Source: Woeseiaceae bacterium
Lineage (GTDB): Bacteria; Pseudomonadota; Gammaproteobacteria; Steroidobacterales; Woeseiaceae
NCBI GenBank assembly: GCA_965658465.1
Contig: CBFHSG010000016.1
Span: forward strand, 7,985-71,984
Reading direction: 5' to 3'
DNA length: 64,000 nt
A program made the translations under genes and the position numbers. The notes below the pieces were generated by a model, which searched no databases, had not been told where the DNA came from, and was given only the letters and a program-made list of their open reading frames with translations. Of this stretch, positions 36,195 to 44,372 are shown piece by piece. The number at the start of each line of letters is the position of its first letter. The stretch's first letter is position 1.

Positions 36195-37975
36195 GACGCG
36201 CGCCCGTCCACGTGATGCTGCAACCAGGCTTCGAGCACGGCGACCTGCCAGAGCTTCGAGCCGCGCAGCGGCGTCATGTGCTCGTGCGGCTCGTCCAGCA
36301 GCTCGTCCACGTATTCATGGTTGAACAGCGCGCGGTCACGGGCCGCCTGGTTGCCGAGCGTATCCTTGACGAACTGGAGGCTCCGCCCGCTCAGGTACTT
36401 GAGCTCAGGCACCGGGAAATAGCCTTTCGGCCGGTCGATCACGGCATCCGGGATCACCTGCCGGGCCATTTCCTTGAGGACATACTTGCCGCCGCCGTCG
36501 ATCTTGTGGCCGGGCGGTATGCGCGCTGCCAGCTCGACCAGTTCGTGATCCAGGAACGGAACCCGGGCCTCCAGGCCCCAGGCCATCGTCATGTTGTCCA
36601 CACGCTTGACGGGATCATCGACGAGCATCACGGTGGTATCGAGGTGCAGCGATTTGTCGATCGGCCGATCCGCTCGCGCCGACTCGAAATGTCGCGCGAC
36701 GAAGTCGCTGCTTGCATCGCCGTTGGCGTAAGCCGGCGACACGGCCCGGCAGTATTCCTCGTGATCCCGGTCGAAAAAGACGCGCTGGTATTCGGCGAGG
36801 GGATCCTTGCTGTCCATCATCGGCGGATACCAGTGGTAACCGCCGAACACCTCGTCCGCGCCCTGCCCGCTCTGCACAACCTTGACGTGCTTCGAGACCT
36901 CCCGGCCGAGAAGGTAGAACGCGATATTGTCATGGCTGACCATGGGTTCGGCCATGGCGTCGAGACAGTCGGGCAGATGCTCGAGAAGCTCTGCCGAATC
37001 GACGTGGATCTTGTGATGACGCGTACCGAATTCCTTCGCGACGATATCGGAGTATTCGAACTCGTTACCGATCTCGTCACCGCGGTTCTCGAAGCCCACC
37101 GAAAACGTCTGCAGGTTATCCGGGATGAGCCGGGCCAGCAGTCCGACGATCAGACTCGAATCGAGCCCGCCTGACAGCAGCGCACCGACCGGCACGTCGC
37201 CCGTCGTACGCAACTGCACCGCTTTGTCGAGTGCTGCGCGGACACGCTCGCGCCACTCGTCGAAATCGACGCTGGCATCCCCGTTCAGGCGGCGAAATTG
37301 CGGCGACCAGTAGACTTCCTGCTGACGCTGACCGTCGGGCTTGATGGTCATCCGCGTTGCCGGCGGCAGCTTTCTCACTTCCTCGAGGATGGTTCGCGGC
37401 GCCGGGACGACCGAGTGGAAGGTCATGTAATGGTGCAGCGAGACGGGATCCACGTTCAGGGCCGTATCGCATGTCTTCGTCAATGCCGTCAGCGAGGACG
37501 CAAAACACAGCGAGCCGGCTTCCTCCATGAAGTAGAGCGGCTTGATGCCCAGGCGGTCACGGGCCATGAACACATCGCCGGACGCCGGGTCATGGATTGC
37601 AAACGCGAACATGCCGTTCAGCCGCTCGACGCAGCTGCTGCCCCACTCGCCGAACGCACGCAAGATGACTTCCGTGTCGCTCAGCGAGAAGAACCGGTGG
37701 CCCAGCGCCTCGAGTTCCGCGCGCAGCTCATCGTGGTTGTAGATACAGCCGTTAAATACGATGGACCGCCCGGTTCGCTCGTCCAGCATCGGCTGCGCGG
37801 CTTTATCGGTGAGATCGACGATCTTGAGCCGCCGATGTCCGAACACGACGCGACCGAAGTCGGCGAGCCCGTGACTGTCGGGACCTCGCCGCTCCTGGGC
37901 GTCCATCATGCGGCGGACCCGGCTCGCCGATGCCTGTCTGCTGTCGAACCTGATCTCGCCTGCGATACCGCACAT
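36191..37975 (-). CDS. asnO: N-acetylglutaminylglutamine amidotransferase (asparagine synthase family)
   Basis: 594 aa. MCGIAGEIRF (Ntn Cys2), ...LSGGLDSSLIVGL (PP-loop SGGLDS). First enzyme gene of the NAGGN trio. Confidence 0.8.
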   Translation of the reverse strand: MCGIAGEIRFDSRQASASRVRRMMDAQERRGPDSHGLADFGRVVFGHRRLKIVDLTDKAAQPMLDERTGRSIVFNGCIYNHDELRAELEALGHRFFSLSDTEVILRAFGEWGSSCVERLNGMFAFAIHDPASGDVFMARDRLGIKPLYFMEEAGSLCFASSLTALTKTCDTALNVDPVSLHHYMTFHSVVPAPRTILEEVRKLPPATRMTIKPDGQRQQEVYWSPQFRRLNGDASVDFDEWRERVRAALDKAVQLRTTGDVPVGALLSGGLDSSLIVGLLARLIPDNLQTFSVGFENRGDEIGNEFEYSDIVAKEFGTRHHKIHVDSAELLEHLPDCLDAMAEPMVSHDNIAFYLLGREVSKHVKVVQSGQGADEVFGGYHWYPPMMDSKDPLAEYQRVFFDRDHEEYCRAVSPAYANGDASSDFVARHFESARADRPIDKSLHLDTTVMLVDDPVKRVDNMTMAWGLEARVPFLDHELVELAARIPPGHKIDGGGKYVLKEMARQVIPDAVIDRPKGYFPVPELKYLSGRSLQFVKDTLGNQAARDRALFNHEYVDELLDEPHEHMTPLRGSKLWQVAVLEAWLQHHVDGRAS

Positions 37976-38000
37976 CTTCTGCGTTCTCCTTCGTGACCGG

Positions 38001-38264
38001 TCAGCTGACCGTCAGGTTGCCACCATCATCGATGTCGAGACTCTTGTTTTCGAACAAGGGCTGCAGCGCCTCGGGCAACGCGAGGATGACCTGTCCGTCG
38101 TGAGAGAACGTCGAGTCACTGTTCTCAGGTGTTGCTACGGTAAGCGTCAGCGTTTTTTCGTCCTTGGGGACGATCCTGAAACACTTTCCTTCATCGTTGA
38201 CCGTCTCCGACCGGGTCAGCGACGCGTGGAGTCTTTCCTTTGCCGTCTGGGTTATCTGAAGCAT
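38001..38264 (-). CDS. Small HesB/IscA-fold-like protein lacking the Cys ligands, unknown function
   Basis: 87 aa with strong RBS AAGGAGG. MLQITQTAKERLHASL...GKCFRIV...HDGQVILALPEALQPLFENKSLDIDDGG. Paralog of 38341..38601. Confidence 0.55.
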   Translation of the reverse strand: MLQITQTAKERLHASLTRSETVNDEGKCFRIVPKDEKTLTLTVATPENSDSTFSHDGQVILALPEALQPLFENKSLDIDDGGNLTVS

Positions 38265-38340
38265 GAACTTCCTCCTTGGCTGGCAGTGGTTGAACCGGGA
38301 CGGCCCGCTTGCGCCGTCCGAACTAGCGGTGCTGGTGCAC

Positions 38341-38601
38341 CTATTGGGAGATCACAAAGCGTCCGTCATCGTTCACATCGAGCGTCCTGCCGGCAAGCGC
38401 CTGCGCCACGCCTTCCGGAATTGCGAGTACCGCAAGCCCTTTGTGCTGAACGATTTCGTCGTCGCTTCGCGGTACTTCGAAAGAAATAGACGCACCGTCC
38501 TCATGCCTGATCAGGCGCAGGCACTTCACGGCGCCTTCGCCGACCATTTGCCGGATCGTTGCGGAGCAGATTCGTTTTGCGTCGTTTGTAATGTGTAGCA
38601 T
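38341..38601 (-). CDS. Small HesB/IscA-fold-like protein, tandem paralog
   Basis: ORF 38341..38649. ATG 38599-38601 gives MLHITNDAKRICSATIRQM...VKCLRLI...HKGLAVLAIPEGVAQALAGRTLDVNDDG. Same length and pattern as the downstream gene. Confidence 0.5.
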   Translation of the reverse strand: MLHITNDAKRICSATIRQMVGEGAVKCLRLIRHEDGASISFEVPRSDDEIVQHKGLAVLAIPEGVAQALAGRTLDVNDDGRFVISQ

Positions 38602-38717
38602 CGTTTCGAGGGCCTCCCTGCCTGTGGCGTCGATTACTGGCGCATGCAAAGCAACGAGCCGCCAAATCGGCGGCCGCGGTGAGTATTCGGTGTTCGTGCA
38701 TGCCCAAACTGTGAAGG

Positions 38718-38732
38718 TAGTTTACTAAACTA
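38718..38732. promoter_or_regulatory. 15-bp palindrome in the AT-rich NAGGN / marR divergent region
   Basis: TAGTTTA-c-TAAACTA with perfect 7-bp arms, inside a 374-bp intergenic stretch that is much AT-richer than the coding flanks. Confidence 0.3.
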
Positions 38733-38975
38733 AACAATTATGTTCAAGCTCGCCCGGACGAAGCGGCCAAGGAACCTCTGGCTCAGCCAAGGTTCCAATA
38801 TTAATATAGCTAAAACAAACAGTTATCAATTTTCTCGGGTTCTCACAGCGCCTTCGCCGATCGACATGATAGTTTATATAGGTAATTATAATTGGCCAGT
38901 CAGTCACATCATTCTGGATATTCCCGTGCAAATCTGTCACAAGGCTCTTCTTTTCCAGCCCTGGACCCGGCACTG

Positions 38976-39485
38976 ATGAACGACCGATCGAACACCGCAC
39001 TCGTTGCATTGCGGCGCATCCTCCGCGTGACGGAGCTCAACTCGCGGAAACTCGCACACGAATCCGAGCTGACGACATCGCAGCTGCTGGTACTGCAGCA
39101 CGTATCGCAAAACGGCAGGGCACTGCCCAGCGAAATCGCGAAATCCGTTGCGCTGAAGCAGGCCACGGTGACCGTGGTAGTGAACAAGCTCGAGGACGCG
39201 GGGCTGGTCACGCGCAGCCGTGACACGGACGACCGCCGGCGAGTCTGGATCGAACTGACAGGGGCCGGCGTTGCTGCACTCGAGAGCTCTCCCGACCTGC
39301 TCCAGCATCGTTTCGTGCAGGGTTTCGAAAGCCTGGAGGACTGGGAGCAATCGATGATCATTGCGGCACTGGAACGAGTGTCGGCGCTGCTCGATGCCGA
39401 GGAAGTCGACGCTGCCCCCGTGCTGGATGTCGGCGACCTCGATCGGCTCGTTCTCGAACAGGAACAGGAAAGTGATGACCAATAA
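38976..39485 (+). CDS. MarR family transcriptional regulator
   Basis: ORF 38892..39485, ATG 38976. ...LTTSQLLVLQHVSQNGRALPSEIAKSVALKQATVTVVVNKLEDAGLVTRSRDTDDRRRVWIELT (wHTH). The 3' end overlaps the ggt start by 11 nt. Confidence 0.8.
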   Translation: MNDRSNTALVALRRILRVTELNSRKLAHESELTTSQLLVLQHVSQNGRALPSEIAKSVALKQATVTVVVNKLEDAGLVTRSRDTDDRRRVWIELTGAGVAALESSPDLLQHRFVQGFESLEDWEQSMIIAALERVSALLDAEEVDAAPVLDVGDLDRLVLEQEQESDDQ

Positions 39486-41205
39486 TCGCTGGCGGCCGCG
39501 CGCCATGGTCGCCGTTCTGGCCGCAACGGCCCTGTTGTTCGCCGCTTGCGGCCCGGCAGGCGAAGCGGACCGACAGACGGCCGTCGAGGACGCGGCAAGC
39601 CTGCAGCGCACCGCCGCCGTGGCCATTCCCGACAGCTACGGCGCCGAAGTTGCCGAAGACGTGCTCCGCGCGGGCGGCAACGCTGTCGATGCGGCCGTCG
39701 CGGTCGGGTTCTCGATGGCCGTGACCTTCATCGATGCGGGCAACATCGGCGGTGGCGGCTTCATGATGCTTTACATGGACGGTGCGCCCGCCTTTGTCGA
39801 TTACCGGGAGACGGCGCCGCTCGCCGCACACCGCGACATGTATCTCGACGAATACGGGGTCGTCATCGAAAACGCCAGCCTGATCGGCGCGCGGGCCGTC
39901 GGCGTACCCGGCACGGTTGCGGGGCTTTGGGAGGCACACCAGCGCTACGGCAGCTTGCCATGGCAGGATCTCGTGATGCCCGCCGTCCGGCTGGCGGAAG
40001 AAGGCTTTCTGCCCGCGCAGGCGCTGGTCGACGACATTCACTCGATGAAAGACTGGTTCGGCGATGCGACCGACTTCTACGATCATTTCGGCAGCATCAG
40101 CGCCGAACAGCCGTTCCGGCAACCCGAGCTCGGCAGGACGCTCCGGCGCATTGCGCAACACGGACCCGAAGACTTTTACCGCGGCGAGACCGCGCGCATG
40201 ATCGTCGGCCAGATGGAGCGCAGCAACGGCCTGATCACGGCCGACGACCTCGAACGATACCGCGCCGTGTGGCGTGAACCGTTGCGGACCGGATGGCGAA
40301 ATTACGAGATTCTTGCCGCACCGCCGCCGAGCTCGGGCGGCTTTGCCCTCATCCAGCTCCTCAAGATGAAGGACTACCTGGCCGACTATTTCGACGGCGT
40401 GCCGCACAACTCGCCGCAGTACATCCACCTCGTCGCGGAAATGGAGAAGCGTGTTTTCGCCGACCGTGCCGAGTACCTGGGTGACCCCGATTACGTCGAC
40501 AACCCGATAGCGCGGCTGATCGACGACGACTATGTCGCACGGCGCGCGCTCGAGGTGAACCCCGACGAAATCTCGCAGCTGGATGCCGTGCAGCCCGGAC
40601 TGGAGACGCCGAATACGACGCACTACTCCATCGTCGACAAGTGGGGCAATGCGGTCTCCAACACCTACACGCTCAACTGGAATTATGGCAGTGGCGTCGT
40701 TGTCGAAGGTGCGGGATTCCTGCTGAACAACGAGATGGACGACTTCAGCGTGAAGCCGGGCGTGCCCAACATCTTCGGCGTCGTCGGCGGCACCGCGAAC
40801 GAAATCCAGCCGGGAAAGCGCATGCTGTCGTCCATGTCACCCACCATCCTGTTGCAGGACGGCGAGGTTGCGATGGTCATCGGCACGCCGGGCGGATCCA
40901 CGATATTCACGTCGGTATTCCAGACCATCGTGAATGTACTGGATTACGGCATGACCCCTCTTGATGCCGTCGCGGCGACCCGGTTTCACCACCAGCTCCT
41001 GCCCCCCGACCTGATTACCTACAGCGTGACGCGCCCCCTGCCGCCGGCCACGGTTTCGTTGCTCGGCGAAATGGGTTACCGCGCGGAACCGCACCCCTGG
41101 GAATTCGGCGACGTGCAGATCGTCTGGCAAAAAGACGGTGCGTGGCTACCGGCCTCCGACCCGCGCGACCGGGGCGACTCGCGAGTCATACCGATCGACG
41201 ACTGA
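39475..41205 (+). CDS. ggt: Gamma-glutamyltransferase, predicted lipoprotein
   Basis: ORF 39361..41205. ATG 39475 gives MTNNRWRPRAMVAVLAATALLFAAC. ...GGNAVDAAVAV...NIGGGGFMM...; autoprocessing region NTTHYSIVDKWGNAVS; ...PGKRMLSSMSPT. Confidence 0.85.
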   Translation: MTNNRWRPRAMVAVLAATALLFAACGPAGEADRQTAVEDAASLQRTAAVAIPDSYGAEVAEDVLRAGGNAVDAAVAVGFSMAVTFIDAGNIGGGGFMMLYMDGAPAFVDYRETAPLAAHRDMYLDEYGVVIENASLIGARAVGVPGTVAGLWEAHQRYGSLPWQDLVMPAVRLAEEGFLPAQALVDDIHSMKDWFGDATDFYDHFGSISAEQPFRQPELGRTLRRIAQHGPEDFYRGETARMIVGQMERSNGLITADDLERYRAVWREPLRTGWRNYEILAAPPPSSGGFALIQLLKMKDYLADYFDGVPHNSPQYIHLVAEMEKRVFADRAEYLGDPDYVDNPIARLIDDDYVARRALEVNPDEISQLDAVQPGLETPNTTHYSIVDKWGNAVSNTYTLNWNYGSGVVVEGAGFLLNNEMDDFSVKPGVPNIFGVVGGTANEIQPGKRMLSSMSPTILLQDGEVAMVIGTPGGSTIFTSVFQTIVNVLDYGMTPLDAVAATRFHHQLLPPDLITYSVTRPLPPATVSLLGEMGYRAEPHPWEFGDVQIVWQKDGAWLPASDPRDRGDSRVIPIDD

Positions 41206-41215
41206 CGTTCCTGAG

Positions 41216-42535
41216 TCAGATGCCCTTGTTGATCAGCATGTGCACCCAGATGCTTGCGGCGTAGCCGAGGGCGATGACCGGCGTCCACTTCAGGTGGCGG
41301 AAGAACGTGTACTGGCCGCGCGCCTGCCCCATCAGTGCAACGCCGGCCGCGGACCCGATTGACAGCATGCTGCCGCCAACGCCGGCGGTGAGCGTCACCA
41401 GCAACCACTGCTGCAGGTCCATGGTCGGGTGCATCTCGAGGACCGCGACCATGATCGGGATGTTGTCGACGATCGCCGACATGATGCCCACGAGAATATT
41501 CGCCGTGGTCGGTCCCAGCTCACCGTAAATGTAGGCCGACAAGTGCTCCAGGTAGCCGATGAAACTCAGGCCGCCGACGCACATGATGACGCCGAAGAAG
41601 AACAGCAGCGTGTCCCATTCGACCCGTTCGACTTCGCGAAAGCTGTCGAACGGCATCACGTCGCCGGCCGTTCCGTAGTCAGCCTGATCCGTGGGCTTCG
41701 GGACGTGCGTCTTGCGCAGGTAGTAGCCGAAGAACTTGAGGTACCCGAGTCCGGTCATCATGCCGAGAAACGCGGGCAGGTTCAGGAAGTTGTGGAAGGA
41801 GACGGCGGTCGTAATCGTGCAGGCGAACAGGAACATGATGCGCTTCGCGCCACGCTTCATCTCTGTCCGCTCAGCGCTGCCGACAGCGTGCTCCTTCGGA
41901 ACCGCGAAAGACATCACCGTCGCCGGCAACAGGAAGTTGACGAGGGACGGCACGAACAATGCAAAGAACATATGAAACTCGACGATGCCCCGCTGCCAGA
42001 CCATCAGCGTGGTGATATCGCCAAATGGGCTGAATGCCCCGCCCGCGTTGGCGCCGACAACGATGTTGACGCACGCAACGCTGACGAATCGGGCATTGTC
42101 CTTGCCAACCGCAAGCACCACCGCGCACATGACCAGTGCCGTGGTCAGGTTGTCGATGAGCGGTGACAGCAGGAAGCTGAGGATACCCGTAATCCAGAAC
42201 AGCGCCCGGTACGACAGGTTGCGGCGCACGAGCCAGTCCCGCAGCGCGTTGAAAACGTTGCGCTCGCTCATCGAGTTCACGTAGGTCATCGCCGTGAGCA
42301 GGAAGAGGAACAGCTCGGCGAATTCGAGCACGAAATCCTCGATTGCCTCCTCGGCCTCGTGCCCCATGCCGCCCTGTGCATAGCGGAAACCGATCATCGC
42401 CCAGATGATCCCCGCGCCGAGGATTACCGCCTTGGATTTGCGGAGGCTCGTGTACTCCTCAGTGATTACCAGTGCGTAGGCCAGTATGAATACGGCGATC
42501 GCAGCGAAGCCTGTCCACTGAGCTGTGAGATCCAT
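41216..42535 (-). CDS. nhaD: NhaD-type Na+/H+ antiporter
   Basis: 439 aa, polytopic. ...FILAYALVITEEYTSLRKSKAVILGAGIIW... and ...SPFGDITTLMVW... resemble NhaD family segments. Confidence 0.7.
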   Translation of the reverse strand: MDLTAQWTGFAAIAVFILAYALVITEEYTSLRKSKAVILGAGIIWAMIGFRYAQGGMGHEAEEAIEDFVLEFAELFLFLLTAMTYVNSMSERNVFNALRDWLVRRNLSYRALFWITGILSFLLSPLIDNLTTALVMCAVVLAVGKDNARFVSVACVNIVVGANAGGAFSPFGDITTLMVWQRGIVEFHMFFALFVPSLVNFLLPATVMSFAVPKEHAVGSAERTEMKRGAKRIMFLFACTITTAVSFHNFLNLPAFLGMMTGLGYLKFFGYYLRKTHVPKPTDQADYGTAGDVMPFDSFREVERVEWDTLLFFFGVIMCVGGLSFIGYLEHLSAYIYGELGPTTANILVGIMSAIVDNIPIMVAVLEMHPTMDLQQWLLVTLTAGVGGSMLSIGSAAGVALMGQARGQYTFFRHLKWTPVIALGYAASIWVHMLINKGI

Positions 42536-42648
42536 GCGACACCCCCCAATGATTCGGCGCCAGGGCTTATCGGCCGCGTCATCCTAGCGCTGGGATCGGC
42601 ACCCGGACATACGTGTTTGCCGCGCTTTGCAAATACGCCGGGGTGTCT

Positions 42649-44262
42649 TCAGGGTGAGCTTACGCCCCCGTAATTAACACCTGTGAGCCGCGCCATGTCG
42701 GCGCTGAAGGTCGTCAGATCGTCCTTGCAGAACTTGCCGAGGTGATCGTGGCCTGCCGCCCGGGCCAGGACGGTCATCAACTCGACGGACGCGTCGAAGA
42801 AGCGGGCGAGGCGTTCGGCTGCGATGTCGACAGGCAGGCGCGCGCGGAGATGATCCTTCTGTGTAGCGATGCCGACGGGGCAGTTGTTCGTGTGACACGC
42901 TCGCATACCGAGGCAACCGATGGCCTGGATCGCGGCGTTCGACACCGCGATAGCGTCGGCGCCGAGCGCCATGGCCTTCGCGAAGTCGGCCGGATGGCGC
43001 AACCCCCCGGTTATCACCAGGGTCACGCCGTCAGCATTGCAGGAGTCGAGGTGCTTGCGTGCCCTGGCCAGCGCCGGGATCGTGGGTACCGAAATATTGT
43101 CGCGAAAGATCAGCGGCGCCGCGCCTGTGCCGCCGCCGCGGCCATCAAGAATGATGTAGTCGACGCCGACCTCCAGCGCGGCGTCGATATCCCTCTCGAC
43201 GTGTTGTGCCGACAGCTTGAAGCCGACAGGTATGCCGCCGGTCCGTTCGCGGACTTCAGCCGCGAATTCCGCATACTGGCCCAGCGATGTCCAGTCCGGA
43301 AACCGTGCGGGCGATATAGCGGCCTCGCCTTCTTCGAGGCCGCGAACCTCGGCGATCTTGCCTTTCACCTTGTCGCCCGGCAGGTGACCGCCGGTGCCGG
43401 TCTTGGCGCCCTGCCCACCCTTGAAATGGAACGCCTGCGTCTTCTTTACCTTGTCCCAGGAGAATCCGAAGCGCGCCGACGCCAGTTCGTAGAAGTAACG
43501 CGAGTTGGCCTCCTGCTCGTCAGGCAGCATACCGCCTTCGCCGGAACAGATGGCGGTACCTGCAAGCTCGGCACCTCTGGAAAGTGCCACCTTCGCCTCT
43601 TCGGATAGCGCGCCGAAGCTCATATCCGAAACGAATAGCGGTATGTCGAGCTTCAGGGGTTTCTTTGCGTTGGCGCCAATCGTGACTCCCGTGCCGACAG
43701 GTTCGTCATCGAGCAGCGGCAGCTTGTGAAGCTGGGCGACGACAAACTGGATATCGTCCCACTTTGGCAGCTTGTTTCGCGACACGCCCATCGCCGCAGA
43801 TGGACCGTGGTGCCCGGTCTTGCTAAGACCCTCGGACGCGAGCTTGCGAATGAACTTGACGTGGGGCTCGTCCGCAGTGCCGGTCGGGTCCTGGTAGGCG
43901 CCCTGGTAGGCGTCGCGGTTGTAGGGCTGCGGATGCTCCCGGGCCCAGGTCTCGATCTCGTCCTGATCGACGAGTACCTTGCCATCCTCGATCCAGCTGC
44001 TGAATTTGTGCAGCGTCTCCGAGTTGTTGTATTCGCTGATACCGGTATCCAGCCGGTAATCCCAGTAATGCACACCGCAGATCAGGTTGTCGCCGTCGAC
44101 AAAGCCATCGGCCATGAGTGCGCCCCGGTGCGCGCAGCGGCCGTAGAGAACCGACACGCTGTCGTCGAAACGCACGATAACAAGGTCGACGTCAGCGATC
44201 AGCGCGTGAGCCGGCGTCCGGTCCTCGATGTCGTCCCAGTTCGCGATGCTGGTCTTGTTCAC
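42649..44262 (-). CDS. Rieske [2Fe-2S] domain fused to a glutamate-synthase FMN-domain (GltB domain-2-like) protein
   Basis: ORF 42649..44346. I prefer GTG 44260-44262, preceded by AAGGAG. Rieske ligands CAHRG...(16 residues)...CGVHYW. GltS-type segments follow: ...FVSDMSFGALS..., ...KGGQGAKTGTGGHLPG..., ...ILDGRGGGTGAAP..., ...ITGGLRHPADFAKAMALGADA. Confidence 0.75.
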   Translation of the reverse strand: MNKTSIANWDDIEDRTPAHALIADVDLVIVRFDDSVSVLYGRCAHRGALMADGFVDGDNLICGVHYWDYRLDTGISEYNNSETLHKFSSWIEDGKVLVDQDEIETWAREHPQPYNRDAYQGAYQDPTGTADEPHVKFIRKLASEGLSKTGHHGPSAAMGVSRNKLPKWDDIQFVVAQLHKLPLLDDEPVGTGVTIGANAKKPLKLDIPLFVSDMSFGALSEEAKVALSRGAELAGTAICSGEGGMLPDEQEANSRYFYELASARFGFSWDKVKKTQAFHFKGGQGAKTGTGGHLPGDKVKGKIAEVRGLEEGEAAISPARFPDWTSLGQYAEFAAEVRERTGGIPVGFKLSAQHVERDIDAALEVGVDYIILDGRGGGTGAAPLIFRDNISVPTIPALARARKHLDSCNADGVTLVITGGLRHPADFAKAMALGADAIAVSNAAIQAIGCLGMRACHTNNCPVGIATQKDHLRARLPVDIAAERLARFFDASVELMTVLARAAGHDHLGKFCKDDLTTFSADMARLTGVNYGGVSSP

Positions 44263-44372
44263 CTTTTCTCCTTGCTTGATTGGTCGGGTGACACAGAGTA
44301 TCTGGCATTCGAGGATACCGGCCCGCGTCGGAAACAGCGAACGCATGGGGACCGGCAGACGTTTTGCCTATA

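Noticed and set aside
39358-40623. 421-aa ORF antisense to ggt (similar cases at 1301..2416, 36212..37174, 19639..20334, 42742..43608, 56959..58284, 58480..59547)
   Set aside because: All lie opposite confidently identified genes, lack motifs and have Arg-rich shadow composition.
41201-41220. CTGAC-N8-GTCAG inverted repeat spanning the convergent ggt and nhaD stop codons
   Set aside because: The stem is only 5 bp, formed largely by the two stop-codon contexts, so it is probably coincidental. The half-sites (CTGAC/GTCAG) are the same as in the tetR operator, but the spacer is N8 rather than N5.
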